Sequence record: EU197055.1
From: Pseudomonas phage 201phi2-1
Reading direction: 5' to 3' (one strand)
Length of the DNA stretch: 40,000 nt
Shown here: one piece after another, positions 1 through 8,105 of the stretch
How positions within the stretch are numbered: position 1 is the stretch's first letter
Layout of the letters: every line of letters starts with the position of its first letter
Program-made: the position numbers and the translations under genes
Notes under the pieces: model-generated
Told to the model about the DNA's origin: nothing
The model's database searches: none
What the model saw: the letters and a program-made list of their open reading frames with translations, nothing else

Positions 1-148
1 AGCTAGGTTACCTTTCAAAGTGCGTGAGGACGACTTGTATCGTTCCACGGTTATTTCACCAGACGCTGTAATGGGCTTACGAAAGAAGCCATTACTATTC
101 CATAGACGGAGAGTTAACTATGAACTACAAGCTTCGATTCTGGCATGA
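1..148 (+). CDS. possible 3' end of an upstream CDS (partial)
   Basis: Open frame from nt 2: ...ARLPFKVREDDLYRSTVISPDAVMGLRKKPLLFHRRRVNYELQASILA*. It overlaps the next start. Confidence 0.3.
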   Translation, partial: ARLPFKVREDDLYRSTVISPDAVMGLRKKPLLFHRRRVNYELQASILA

Positions 149-494
149 ACTGTTTCAAAATCTGATTGGCGTGCACCTCGTTAATGGCTGCCATTTTGAC
201 GGGTTCCTGATTAAGGGTGAAGGTAATTCGTTTATGCAGTTGGAACGACTTGACTATTCAGCCACTAGCCCAGAGCCTTTCCTGCGATATACTTTCAAAT
301 CGCCAGAAGGTGGTGACATCATCTACAGTGTAAATAACAAACCTGATGGTGGGATGGAGACAGTGGTAGACCGTGTGCGTGATGCCAATGGGGTAATTCA
401 ACTACTAGATGGTCCTAATCTAATTGCTGAGGAAGTCATGCAGGATGTTTATCTCCACGCTGTAAAACTTATGGCCACCATTTGGTATACCTGA
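120..494 (+). CDS. hypothetical protein, 124 aa
   Basis: ORF with upstream GGAG (cggagagttaactATG); tightly followed by the next ORF. Confidence 0.8.
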   Translation: MNYKLRFWHELFQNLIGVHLVNGCHFDGFLIKGEGNSFMQLERLDYSATSPEPFLRYTFKSPEGGDIIYSVNNKPDGGMETVVDRVRDANGVIQLLDGPNLIAEEVMQDVYLHAVKLMATIWYT

Positions 495-501
495 GGTTAA
501 A

Positions 502-774
502 ATGAATCGCCAAGAGCAATTTAAACAGTTGGTTGAAGAGTGGCTTGAACTGGATCTCCCATACACCTGCACTTCACTTGATCTTTACACCAGTGTTCGG
601 ATTGAGCGTAAGGCTGACACCGTGGTGTTCAGTAGTAAACGTGCGGGTCAAGTAGGTGAACTGGGTATGGCTCAGATCAAAGATGGGAAAGTCGATGGTA
701 TGGTTTACGTAAGTTCCACACCACATCTGGGTTTGATGTTGTTTGGTCTAGAGAAATCAGTAGAAGCTAACTAA
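502..774 (+). CDS. hypothetical protein, 90 aa
   Basis: ORF 7 nt after the previous stop. Confidence 0.75.
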   Translation: MNRQEQFKQLVEEWLELDLPYTCTSLDLYTSVRIERKADTVVFSSKRAGQVGELGMAQIKDGKVDGMVYVSSTPHLGLMLFGLEKSVEAN

Positions 775-852
775 TGTCAACTAGGGCACTCGTCGATCAG
801 GTTGAGACGGATGCCTATTTAATGCTTTATGAAATCCGTCAAAGGTGTAGAA

Positions 853-1098
853 ATGAGCGTCAACAAACTTTTACTGAGTCTGATTGCAGTAGCTTTACTG
901 GTGATAGCGTTCGGGCAGAGTCGCCATGTAATGGAGATCAAGAACTATCTGGTCCCATCCAAATCCGACATTATCCTAAACGTATCCCATTCAGATGAAG
1001 CTTACCGTAGTTGTCTTCGTAAAGTCTCAGCGGGCGTTGGCGTAGTTAATATCAATCAAATGCAAAAATGTGCAGAGGATACCGGGTATGGAAAATGA
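853..1098 (+). CDS. small membrane-anchored protein with C-terminal two-Cys domain
   Basis: Likely start at ATG 853 (MSVNKLLLSLIAVALLVIAFG..., N-terminal TM) within ORF 829-1098. Confidence 0.7.
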   Translation: MSVNKLLLSLIAVALLVIAFGQSRHVMEIKNYLVPSKSDIILNVSHSDEAYRSCLRKVSAGVGVVNINQMQKCAEDTGYGK

Positions 1099-1342
1099 CA
1101 TGCGCTTCTTAGAGCGTAAACCAAATGTTTGGATGTGGATCTTTCTGATCGTGCTGGTAATGTCAGCTACGCAGTGCACGATTAAAACCGAAGAGAGTAA
1201 AGTTGCCCAAGCCAAACTAGAAGACGACTGGAACAACTCGCCTGAGAAGGCATTTCGCTTCTGTCTCGTTACGGTAGCCGGTGAATCGGGTACAGCCACT
1301 CCTGAGCAAATCAATGCATGTAACAAAGCGGCGGGGCGTTAA
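1088..1342 (+). CDS. small membrane-anchored protein with C-terminal two-Cys domain
   Basis: MENDMRFLERKPNVWMWIFLIVLVMSATQC...; overlaps the previous stop; the tail resembles that of the upstream protein. Confidence 0.7.
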   Translation: MENDMRFLERKPNVWMWIFLIVLVMSATQCTIKTEESKVAQAKLEDDWNNSPEKAFRFCLVTVAGESGTATPEQINACNKAAGR

Positions 1343-1343
1343 G

Positions 1344-1559
1344 ATGGAAGATAAAACAGATGTAGTTGTCGAAGCGCCTAAACAGAAAGGTATTGACCTT
1401 AGCTGGGTTTTCTTTGGAATGCTTGCAATGTCAATTGGTAGTTGCAGTGGTATGACTGCCCTAGGTAATGCATACCAGAGAGCTGAAGAATACAAAGCTG
1501 ATAAACAACTCCAGATTACTCAACTTCAAATCAAACATCAGGAATCGAAACATGACTAA
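1344..1559 (+). CDS. small membrane protein, 71 aa
   Basis: MEDKTDVVVEAPKQKGIDLSWVFFGMLAMSIGSCSG...; single TM then charged coil. Confidence 0.65.
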   Translation: MEDKTDVVVEAPKQKGIDLSWVFFGMLAMSIGSCSGMTALGNAYQRAEEYKADKQLQITQLQIKHQESKHD

Positions 1560-2193
1560 GCGTAATATCGCTATTGCAAACTTTAGTCCATCCGTGGTAG
1601 AAGGCTCCAGCTGGCCGCGGTTCACTGGATGGAAAATGGTCGGTAAGCCATATATTGAATCGGGACTGTTTGGACTGATTGATAAGGGTACCCGCATGCA
1701 TCGGTTCTTTAAAGACACCACTTTCGAAGATGTCCTTGCTAACCAACTGGTTTACGAGTACCAGACTAGTGTCCGAGGTACGCCACTTTCGATTGAGTAT
1801 TACGAAGACCGTAAAATGGGTGCTGAGATCATTATGGCACCACCTCGGTCATTGGATTTCAGTGTTCGTTGGTTGCCTCCATATCAGTACATCGATAAAG
1901 ACTATGTTGAGTGGGATGTCTACGTAGTGATCACTGGTGAAGATATTTATATCCGTGGTGACTTCCAGCAAAGCTTTATTGCTCGTGGTTATTGGGATAT
2001 GGAGATCTGGAAGCCAAAGTTCGAAATTGGAGAAGCCTGGAACGACATCAAGACGATCGAACAAGCAACTATCAACTATGTGGTTGCTTCAGGTTATCCT
2101 GCTATGGGTTGCATCAACCGTATTGGCGACGATGGTCCACGCGAATACGTAGTTAAAGATGTCTATCAGGAAATCCCAGGATACCAAGCTTGA
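1552..2193 (+). CDS. hypothetical protein, about 213 aa
   Basis: ATG at 1552 (MTKRNIAIANFSPSVVEG...) overlapping the previous stop; a terminator hairpin follows. Confidence 0.8.
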   Translation: MTKRNIAIANFSPSVVEGSSWPRFTGWKMVGKPYIESGLFGLIDKGTRMHRFFKDTTFEDVLANQLVYEYQTSVRGTPLSIEYYEDRKMGAEIIMAPPRSLDFSVRWLPPYQYIDKDYVEWDVYVVITGEDIYIRGDFQQSFIARGYWDMEIWKPKFEIGEAWNDIKTIEQATINYVVASGYPAMGCINRIGDDGPREYVVKDVYQEIPGYQA

Positions 2194-2208
2194 ATTAAGT
2201 AACAGCAT

Positions 2209-2234
2209 AAAGCCTCTCCTTCGGGAGAGGCTTT
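2209..2234. terminator. bidirectional rho-independent terminator
   Basis: AAAGCCTCTCC-TTCG-GGAGAGGCTTT then T-rich tract; lies between convergent genes. Confidence 0.85.
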
Positions 2235-2255
2235 ATGTCGTTTTCTTTTTATTCC

Positions 2256-3080
2256 TTATTGTGCTGCCAAGATAGTTCGGACGTGAGTACGATTACCTTC
2301 AGGGTCGTTGAAGTTACGGAGGATCTTCTGACACTTCTTAAGTTGCTCGTCGTAAAGATCATTCATCTCGGACCATTCGTAAACCTTGTCACGGAATACA
2401 CCAAGTTCTTGACCACCACTCAGTTGAGCTTCGCCCATGCTAATGAACATCTCGTTGTAACAATGCGCTTTAACAGCGTACTCAAACAACTTAGCAAAAG
2501 CAAGCCAACTAGGTTGACGGATGTTATTGAGTTCATCATCGTTACCTAAGCGACACGCTAGATAAGCCGTAGCCGAAGGCATGAAGATAAACCGAACCAT
2601 AAAGGTGTTGTGGTTAATCAGACCTAAGTAACTAGTCTGAGCAACAGGTGCCTTACGTGCAGAGTCTAATACCTGACGAGTAGCTGCGGTCATGGCCGAT
2701 TCATTAAACGTCATGGCGTAGCCAGTGTTCTGATACCCTAAGATACCAAAGTGGATACTGTAAAGTTGGACGATCGGTCGACCTTGGGTGTATTCATCTG
2801 GCACGTAATAAACTGTAGTGTATGGATCTACGTATTGAGCACGTACCGGATAGTCTAATGGAATAAACGTCTTAGTGCCACCGACGATCTCAAGGTCGGG
2901 TTTAATCCGCCCTTCAATCACGATCTCCTTAATACGATGTTCCATCGATACGTTAACACCACAACCAGACGTAGTCAGACTAAGATCATCGCCATCCGTA
3001 GAACTAACGAATACCTGATTTAAAATCTGACGCGGAATGCGGGGTCGAATGTAATTAAGAGCATATTGGATAACACTCAT
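2256..3080 (-). CDS. hypothetical protein, 274 aa
   Basis: Long minus-strand ORF with no competing + strand ORF of similar quality; flanked by a terminator and a divergent intergenic region. Confidence 0.8.
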   Translation of the reverse strand: MSVIQYALNYIRPRIPRQILNQVFVSSTDGDDLSLTTSGCGVNVSMEHRIKEIVIEGRIKPDLEIVGGTKTFIPLDYPVRAQYVDPYTTVYYVPDEYTQGRPIVQLYSIHFGILGYQNTGYAMTFNESAMTAATRQVLDSARKAPVAQTSYLGLINHNTFMVRFIFMPSATAYLACRLGNDDELNNIRQPSWLAFAKLFEYAVKAHCYNEMFISMGEAQLSGGQELGVFRDKVYEWSEMNDLYDEQLKKCQKILRNFNDPEGNRTHVRTILAAQ

Positions 3081-3189
3081 GTGCGTTCGTTTCCTGTATC
3101 GTGTTATAGAGGCCTTCCCGAACGTGTAGATATACTAGAGCTACGTATATTATACGAAGAGGGAAGCGTAATTCAAATAATTTCAAATC

Positions 3190-3204
3190 TATATCATGAA
3201 GGTG
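3190..3204 (+). promoter_or_regulatory. variant early-type promoter motif
   Basis: TATATCATG-AAG-GTG, the same layout as TATATTACT-N3-GTG, 20 nt upstream of the CDS at 3224. Confidence 0.35.
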
Positions 3205-3223
3205 AATAATTATCGAGACGTGT

Positions 3224-3649
3224 ATGATGACACTGGAACCAATACCACCACATGTGCTACTCACTTATGATATTCGAACAGCACTGAGTAAGATCGATCT
3301 ATATCCGATCAAGCATTATGCGCTGACTCGATATCAGAATGAGCACAACATCAACCCTGATTTCGCAATGTTGATTCCACAGGGGTCTCCAACCGATCAG
3401 AAGTTGAGAGCGATTGAAGCACAGATCATTGATGACTTGATCATCACCATGATTAATAGCTTTGAACATACATGGATTCAACGCGACCTTCGACACATTA
3501 CTTTAGAAGAACAAAGTTTCTTCAACACTCAATCTGACTTCAGACATGAGTTGTTTATGTGTGTACGCATTCAACCCGAATATGCAGGAGTATTCGCTCA
3601 CTATCAACGAATCAGTGAGTCGATCTTCTTGGCAGTTCCTAAGTACTAA
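3224..3649 (+). CDS. hypothetical protein, 141 aa
   Basis: ORF; first gene of a + strand run. Confidence 0.8.
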   Translation: MMTLEPIPPHVLLTYDIRTALSKIDLYPIKHYALTRYQNEHNINPDFAMLIPQGSPTDQKLRAIEAQIIDDLIITMINSFEHTWIQRDLRHITLEEQSFFNTQSDFRHELFMCVRIQPEYAGVFAHYQRISESIFLAVPKY

Positions 3650-4704
3650 TGGCGGAAGCAATGGAAAACTCTAAACGGTTTATTGTGCTTGAGGCACAAG
3701 ACCAAGCGAATAACTTGGTTGACTACATCGAGTGGCTTGCACTCACTCAACCCGATCTAGGCCTCAAGGCTATTACTCGTAGGGAAGCATCCAACATTGT
3801 TTATCTGTTGGTGCGTGACATCGTGGATTATCAGTTGGCACACAGACCACTGAATCCTGAAAACGTAGAGATGATTGTAAGCATCCTGTTCGGTACACCG
3901 AAGAACAAACTTACTCCAGACCTTACTAAACGCTACGCCCGTGTTACCGAAGAACAGATGTGGCAAAGCATCGTTTCCACCATTCGTAAACAAGTTCATC
4001 AAACTGTAAAGTACGATACCTGGGTTGAATGGAATGTTGTTAAAGCGGGTACTCTGGTAGGTCTGGCTGAAGGTGAAGATCATCGGATCACTGAGTATCA
4101 TCGTGAAGCCAAAGCTGTAGACGATGAAGATGAATCGATTCTTACCTTGAACTGTAAGAACCCTATCAACTATCTATACAGTGAGTTCTCTAAACGGTAC
4201 GGGTCTAACTTTGCCCAGCTACGGTTAATGTTGAATGATCCAAATACCAAAATGGATAACTTCTATCGTAACCTTCTCAATAAGTTTATCCAAGATCCAA
4301 CTGAATACATCATCGGCTTGTTCCTAGACACGCTGATTATGATGCACCCACAGATGGAGCTCGCATCCTGCTCACCAAAGCGTAGCATGTTTATTGAACG
4401 TGCACTGGGTATTCATGACATGAGTAGCTTCCAATCCCGTACTGTACAAAAGCTGATCATGGCTTTCGGTATGAATTGGTTCAACCATGAGATCAAGAAA
4501 GACGAACAATACATTGTTGAGTATTATCAAGCAACTCACATCATGGCAATCTTCAAGAAAACCTATTCGAGCCTCACTGAGAAATATGAAGCTGATCTGG
4601 TAGTTGCCTTGGTACGTGGGGATTACCTACCACCTGAAGAACGTAAGCTGGCTGAGAAGCTTTATCAAGAGCATCCACAGCTTCACGTTAACTTGGCACC
4701 TTGA
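3649..4704 (+). CDS. hypothetical protein, 351 aa
   Basis: Long ORF, start overlaps the previous stop (TAATG); start could also be 3661. Confidence 0.85.
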   Translation: MAEAMENSKRFIVLEAQDQANNLVDYIEWLALTQPDLGLKAITRREASNIVYLLVRDIVDYQLAHRPLNPENVEMIVSILFGTPKNKLTPDLTKRYARVTEEQMWQSIVSTIRKQVHQTVKYDTWVEWNVVKAGTLVGLAEGEDHRITEYHREAKAVDDEDESILTLNCKNPINYLYSEFSKRYGSNFAQLRLMLNDPNTKMDNFYRNLLNKFIQDPTEYIIGLFLDTLIMMHPQMELASCSPKRSMFIERALGIHDMSSFQSRTVQKLIMAFGMNWFNHEIKKDEQYIVEYYQATHIMAIFKKTYSSLTEKYEADLVVALVRGDYLPPEERKLAEKLYQEHPQLHVNLAP

Positions 4705-5147
4705 TGAATATACTGATTGCTCACGAGAGCTACCCAACTCATAATTGGGCACACGATTGGTGGCCAGTGGTGTCGAGCTTCTTCCCAAGGCAGAAGCTCC
4801 TCCACACCATCGCTACTCTACTAATGGTGAAAAATGACGATACCGCTGGTGAAACCTATGATGAAGCAATTAATGAAACAATCGATGAACTCATTGGTCG
4901 TCGGTGCTCTGACGAAGACGAAGAGAATCCAGTCCCAACTCTCACCGATGACGAAAGACATCAAGTGGCCGAGTACTTGCGTGACGCTGTCAAAGCGATG
5001 CATCCATACATGCCTGACACTGGGGCGCTTGAACTCGTCACCTATGTAAGTGAACCTGAAAACGACAAGTTCTATCTGGTAGTGAGGTATTGGCCTGAAG
5101 ATGAGCATTCTAGTAAGGCTTTCGCCAGCCCTAGTGTACGGGGATAA
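4704..5147 (+). CDS. hypothetical protein
   Basis: ORF 4701-5147 overlapping the previous stop (TTGATGAATATA). Confidence 0.75.
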   Translation: MNILIAHESYPTHNWAHDWWPVVSSFFPRQKLLHTIATLLMVKNDDTAGETYDEAINETIDELIGRRCSDEDEENPVPTLTDDERHQVAEYLRDAVKAMHPYMPDTGALELVTYVSEPENDKFYLVVRYWPEDEHSSKAFASPSVRG

Positions 5148-5493
5148 ACTGGGTCTCGTTGAACTGCTCGGGGACAAGGTTGGATTGAGTGTAAGCGACA
5201 TCAACGATTCGATGATCGCTTACTTCGAGTACAACTACTTCAATTGTCCATTTACCTTTAGCGATAAAGATATTGTAGATCAGTACTTCATGGGTGATCC
5301 CATGGGGTACGATTTGCTTTATGCCGTAAACGCTAGGTTTCCTGAGATCAACGCATATATTCCAGACGGTGTTAAAAGCATTCGTTATGCTCGAACACTT
5401 AAAGATGGTTTCTATTTAATTTGCGAGCCTGACGATGAACACGTTACTGACGTTCGACTCAACCCCCTTCACCAAACATTTAGTGAAGGCTGA
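5101..5493 (+). CDS. hypothetical protein; exact start uncertain
   Basis: ORF with protein-like sequence (VSDINDSMIAYFEYNYFNCPFTFSDKDIV...); its first 47 nt overlap the previous gene, so a later start is possible. Confidence 0.6.
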   Translation: MSILVRLSPALVYGDKLGLVELLGDKVGLSVSDINDSMIAYFEYNYFNCPFTFSDKDIVDQYFMGDPMGYDLLYAVNARFPEINAYIPDGVKSIRYARTLKDGFYLICEPDDEHVTDVRLNPLHQTFSEG

Positions 5494-5503
5494 TGATCGT
5501 AAT

Positions 5504-5896
5504 ATGATTGATTACATCATCCGTGAATATGGCCCAGCTTTACAATACGCATTAAGTATGTTTAACGGTGACGCTGAGTTTAATATCCGAGCTCATTATC
5601 AGGATGCCTACTTTAAAGCTATCTTGATGACTGGTAATGATTTCCACAGTGACTCGGCTAATCAAACTAAGTTGTTCCGTAGACGACTAGTAGATGAAGA
5701 TGGTAATGTGCATTCAACTAAAGGACGGTATGATGAATTGGTGGATGCATGTATCTTACATTTCAACAGCCAGATCATGGCAGTCCTTAGAGGTGTTCAG
5801 GAGCAAGCACGACAAATTTATACTGTGGATGTTGTAGGTTATGAGAATAGAACCCTTAAGATCATACTTAAAACAGATGGAGCAATCCAACCATGA
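5504..5896 (+). CDS. hypothetical protein
   Basis: ORF 5435-5896; ATG 5504 (MIDYIIREYGPALQYAL...) avoids overlap. Confidence 0.65.
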   Translation: MIDYIIREYGPALQYALSMFNGDAEFNIRAHYQDAYFKAILMTGNDFHSDSANQTKLFRRRLVDEDGNVHSTKGRYDELVDACILHFNSQIMAVLRGVQEQARQIYTVDVVGYENRTLKIILKTDGAIQP

Positions 5897-6723
5897 GCAA
5901 TACACGTAATATAGGTATGTTGATCCACCATGGTGAACTGGACCACATATTAACCAGTATGTCGGATTCATTGCGTAATGCGGCATACAAGGTAGCGACT
6001 GAAATCGCTCCCAAAGGCAGTCAGAAATACGACGAGTACTTTGATGAGGACGGTACTCTACGCGGGTATGATGTCGATACCAACAAAGCGTTGTTACGAG
6101 ATTGTCTGGATCATTACGTTCAGTTTGCTAACTGTACTACCGATCGAACTGACTTCAACTATTATCTAGAGACCAACTTTCAATTAGTCCAGAACTACGT
6201 TAACCAACGACCAGAGGTTATCTCTTATCTGACTAGCCTATTCGCAACAGCCTGTGGTATTCTTTCGAGCGTGTTGCAACCAGTGATTGAGAATATCTAT
6301 TCCACTGGACAGATGGTTGATAAGATCGAATCTTTCGTAACAGGACCTGAGAATACCTACTATCTTGTGTACGGCGAAGATATCGATAATGTCGAGACCT
6401 ACGACGCAAAGGAAGATGACCTCAGTGACGTAGACGTAAGCCAGTCTCCTGAGGAACTCGCACGGCTTAAAGTAATTGAGGAACAACGTCGTCAACAAGA
6501 ACGAGACGATGCCGCTGAAGCTAATTATACAAAAGCGTTGCATGACCTACTGGGTACCAACGACGAAGTATGTGAAGCATTGCACAACAGCAAATACCTT
6601 GGTCCCGCTTCTGCGACATACCGTAAACATCTGTCAAACCCACACAACCTTACTATAGCGGACGCTTCACTCCCTGCTCAGCCGATGGGAGTGAACCTTG
6701 TCTGGCAGGCCCCTGGAATGTAA
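5893..6723 (+). CDS. hypothetical protein, 276 aa
   Basis: ORF overlapping the previous stop (ATGA). Confidence 0.85.
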   Translation: MSNTRNIGMLIHHGELDHILTSMSDSLRNAAYKVATEIAPKGSQKYDEYFDEDGTLRGYDVDTNKALLRDCLDHYVQFANCTTDRTDFNYYLETNFQLVQNYVNQRPEVISYLTSLFATACGILSSVLQPVIENIYSTGQMVDKIESFVTGPENTYYLVYGEDIDNVETYDAKEDDLSDVDVSQSPEELARLKVIEEQRRQQERDDAAEANYTKALHDLLGTNDEVCEALHNSKYLGPASATYRKHLSNPHNLTIADASLPAQPMGVNLVWQAPGM

Positions 6724-6728
6724 GCCAT

Positions 6729-7115
6729 ATGAACTTTCTAATAACCATGGATGCACAAGAGCATATTGCTCGGATGGCAACCAACTTCCGTCAAAAGCAA
6801 GAAGAAGAATTAAACCTCCTGAAGGATTCACCGAACCAAGCAACCTATCTGGATATGCTCAGACTAAATGATCGGGGACTCGCATTACGTGGACTTCAAG
6901 AATACGTATTGTTATTGATCAATGAGTATCATCGAGTTATGGATGATGATGACCTAATTGAGTCTATTGCTGATGGTACCATCGACCCAGACTTAGACGC
7001 CGTCATAAAAACAATCGCTTCGATCGAGGAAGCTGAACCATGGGCACAAGTACTCAGTATAGTACCGCTTGATTTCAATGGTACCATCGGTGCAGTAGTT
7101 ACCAATAAGGGATAG
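6729..7115 (+). CDS. hypothetical protein, 128 aa
   Basis: ORF closely following the previous gene. Confidence 0.8.
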   Translation: MNFLITMDAQEHIARMATNFRQKQEEELNLLKDSPNQATYLDMLRLNDRGLALRGLQEYVLLLINEYHRVMDDDDLIESIADGTIDPDLDAVIKTIASIEEAEPWAQVLSIVPLDFNGTIGAVVTNKG

Positions 7116-7156
7116 TTTCCTAAAGATATGTATCCCTTAACTAATGGTAACGCTAC

Positions 7157-7561
7157 ATGGACATTCAAGAAATCCCACCTGGGACAGTAATCTCATTCGA
7201 GGTATATCCATCTTCTCAATACGGAAACAACTTTCAGTCGGTGACTCTGTTAGGTATGTTCAATGCGGCAATTGCCCGCAAGTTAGGCTTTGACTACATT
7301 GCCGCTAACCAGAGCGTATACCAAACACTTCCATCGGGTACCCCAATTGATCCGACCCAATATAACTATTTCCAGATTCAATACCCGTCTGGGGAAACTG
7401 AGATTTTGGGAGCACCATGGATTCGTGCTGGTACGCTAACCATTAACTCCGGTAAGCGCCTAACTGTAGTTATCGACAACATCGATGAAACAGTCAAGGA
7501 TCGAGTCATTGCAGCCATTCTCGCACAGAACGTTAAACCAAGCTCGACTACATTTGTATGA
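7157..7561 (+). CDS. hypothetical protein, 134 aa
   Basis: ORF immediately followed by a terminator hairpin. Confidence 0.8.
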   Translation: MDIQEIPPGTVISFEVYPSSQYGNNFQSVTLLGMFNAAIARKLGFDYIAANQSVYQTLPSGTPIDPTQYNYFQIQYPSGETEILGAPWIRAGTLTINSGKRLTVVIDNIDETVKDRVIAAILAQNVKPSSTTFV

Positions 7562-7567
7562 CTAGAT

Positions 7568-7587
7568 GCCTCTCCTTCGGGAGAGGC
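7568..7587. terminator. rho-independent terminator
   Basis: GCCTCTCC-TTCG-GGAGAGGC followed by TCTATGTCGTTTTTTATTTT. Confidence 0.85.
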
Positions 7588-7630
7588 TCTATGTCGTTTT
7601 TTATTTTGTACATTAGAACGTTTCTAAAGC

Positions 7631-7646
7631 CTATATTACTTTGGTG
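7631..7646 (+). promoter_or_regulatory. early-type promoter motif
   Basis: CTATATTACT-TTG-GTG, downstream of the terminator and upstream of the CDS at 7689. Confidence 0.6.
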
Positions 7647-7688
7647 TAGTTGAGGTAGAAAATCCCTTCAATCTGTAGGAGTGATACC

Positions 7689-8012
7689 ATGCTTGTTAAC
7701 AACTATCAAATCGGTGCTGCACTTACCGGCGTAGCCGCTCTGTCGAGTATCACCACGTATCTGTTCTTTCGGAACAAGGACACTGAGCCTAAGCCGAAGT
7801 TCAGACGTGCGGATATTCGTGCCTTCAAAGGTACGATGACCGAGCGCTACAAACAACTCGATCTGGTTGAGCTCGAAGCAACCAAACGTCAAATCCTGGT
7901 TCAGGGTACCCACGATACCATCGATCGTGATATCCACCAGTTGTTTGACGAGGTCGATATTCCCGACCTGATCGAACACAACAATAAGCTGTTTTCGAAA
8001 CACAGTCACTAA
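7689..8012 (+). CDS. small protein with N-terminal hydrophobic segment, 107 aa
   Basis: MLVNNYQIGAALTGVAALSSITTYLFF...; flanked by promoter motif and terminator. Confidence 0.8.
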   Translation: MLVNNYQIGAALTGVAALSSITTYLFFRNKDTEPKPKFRRADIRAFKGTMTERYKQLDLVELEATKRQILVQGTHDTIDRDIHQLFDEVDIPDLIEHNNKLFSKHSH

Positions 8013-8026
8013 AACGTTAAAATTAT

Positions 8027-8052
8027 GGGGTACCTTCGGGTACCCCTTTTTT
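8027..8052 (+). terminator. rho-independent terminator
   Basis: GGGGTACC-TTCG-GGTACCCC-TTTTTT. Confidence 0.9.
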
Positions 8053-8105
8053 ACCTTTTCTTTTTTATACTCGCCTCCCTTTAGTATGTATACTGGGAGA
8101 CACAC

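Noticed and set aside
774-998. 74-aa + strand ORF
   Set aside because: Overlaps the membrane-protein ORF starting at 853 for most of its length and looks less protein-like.
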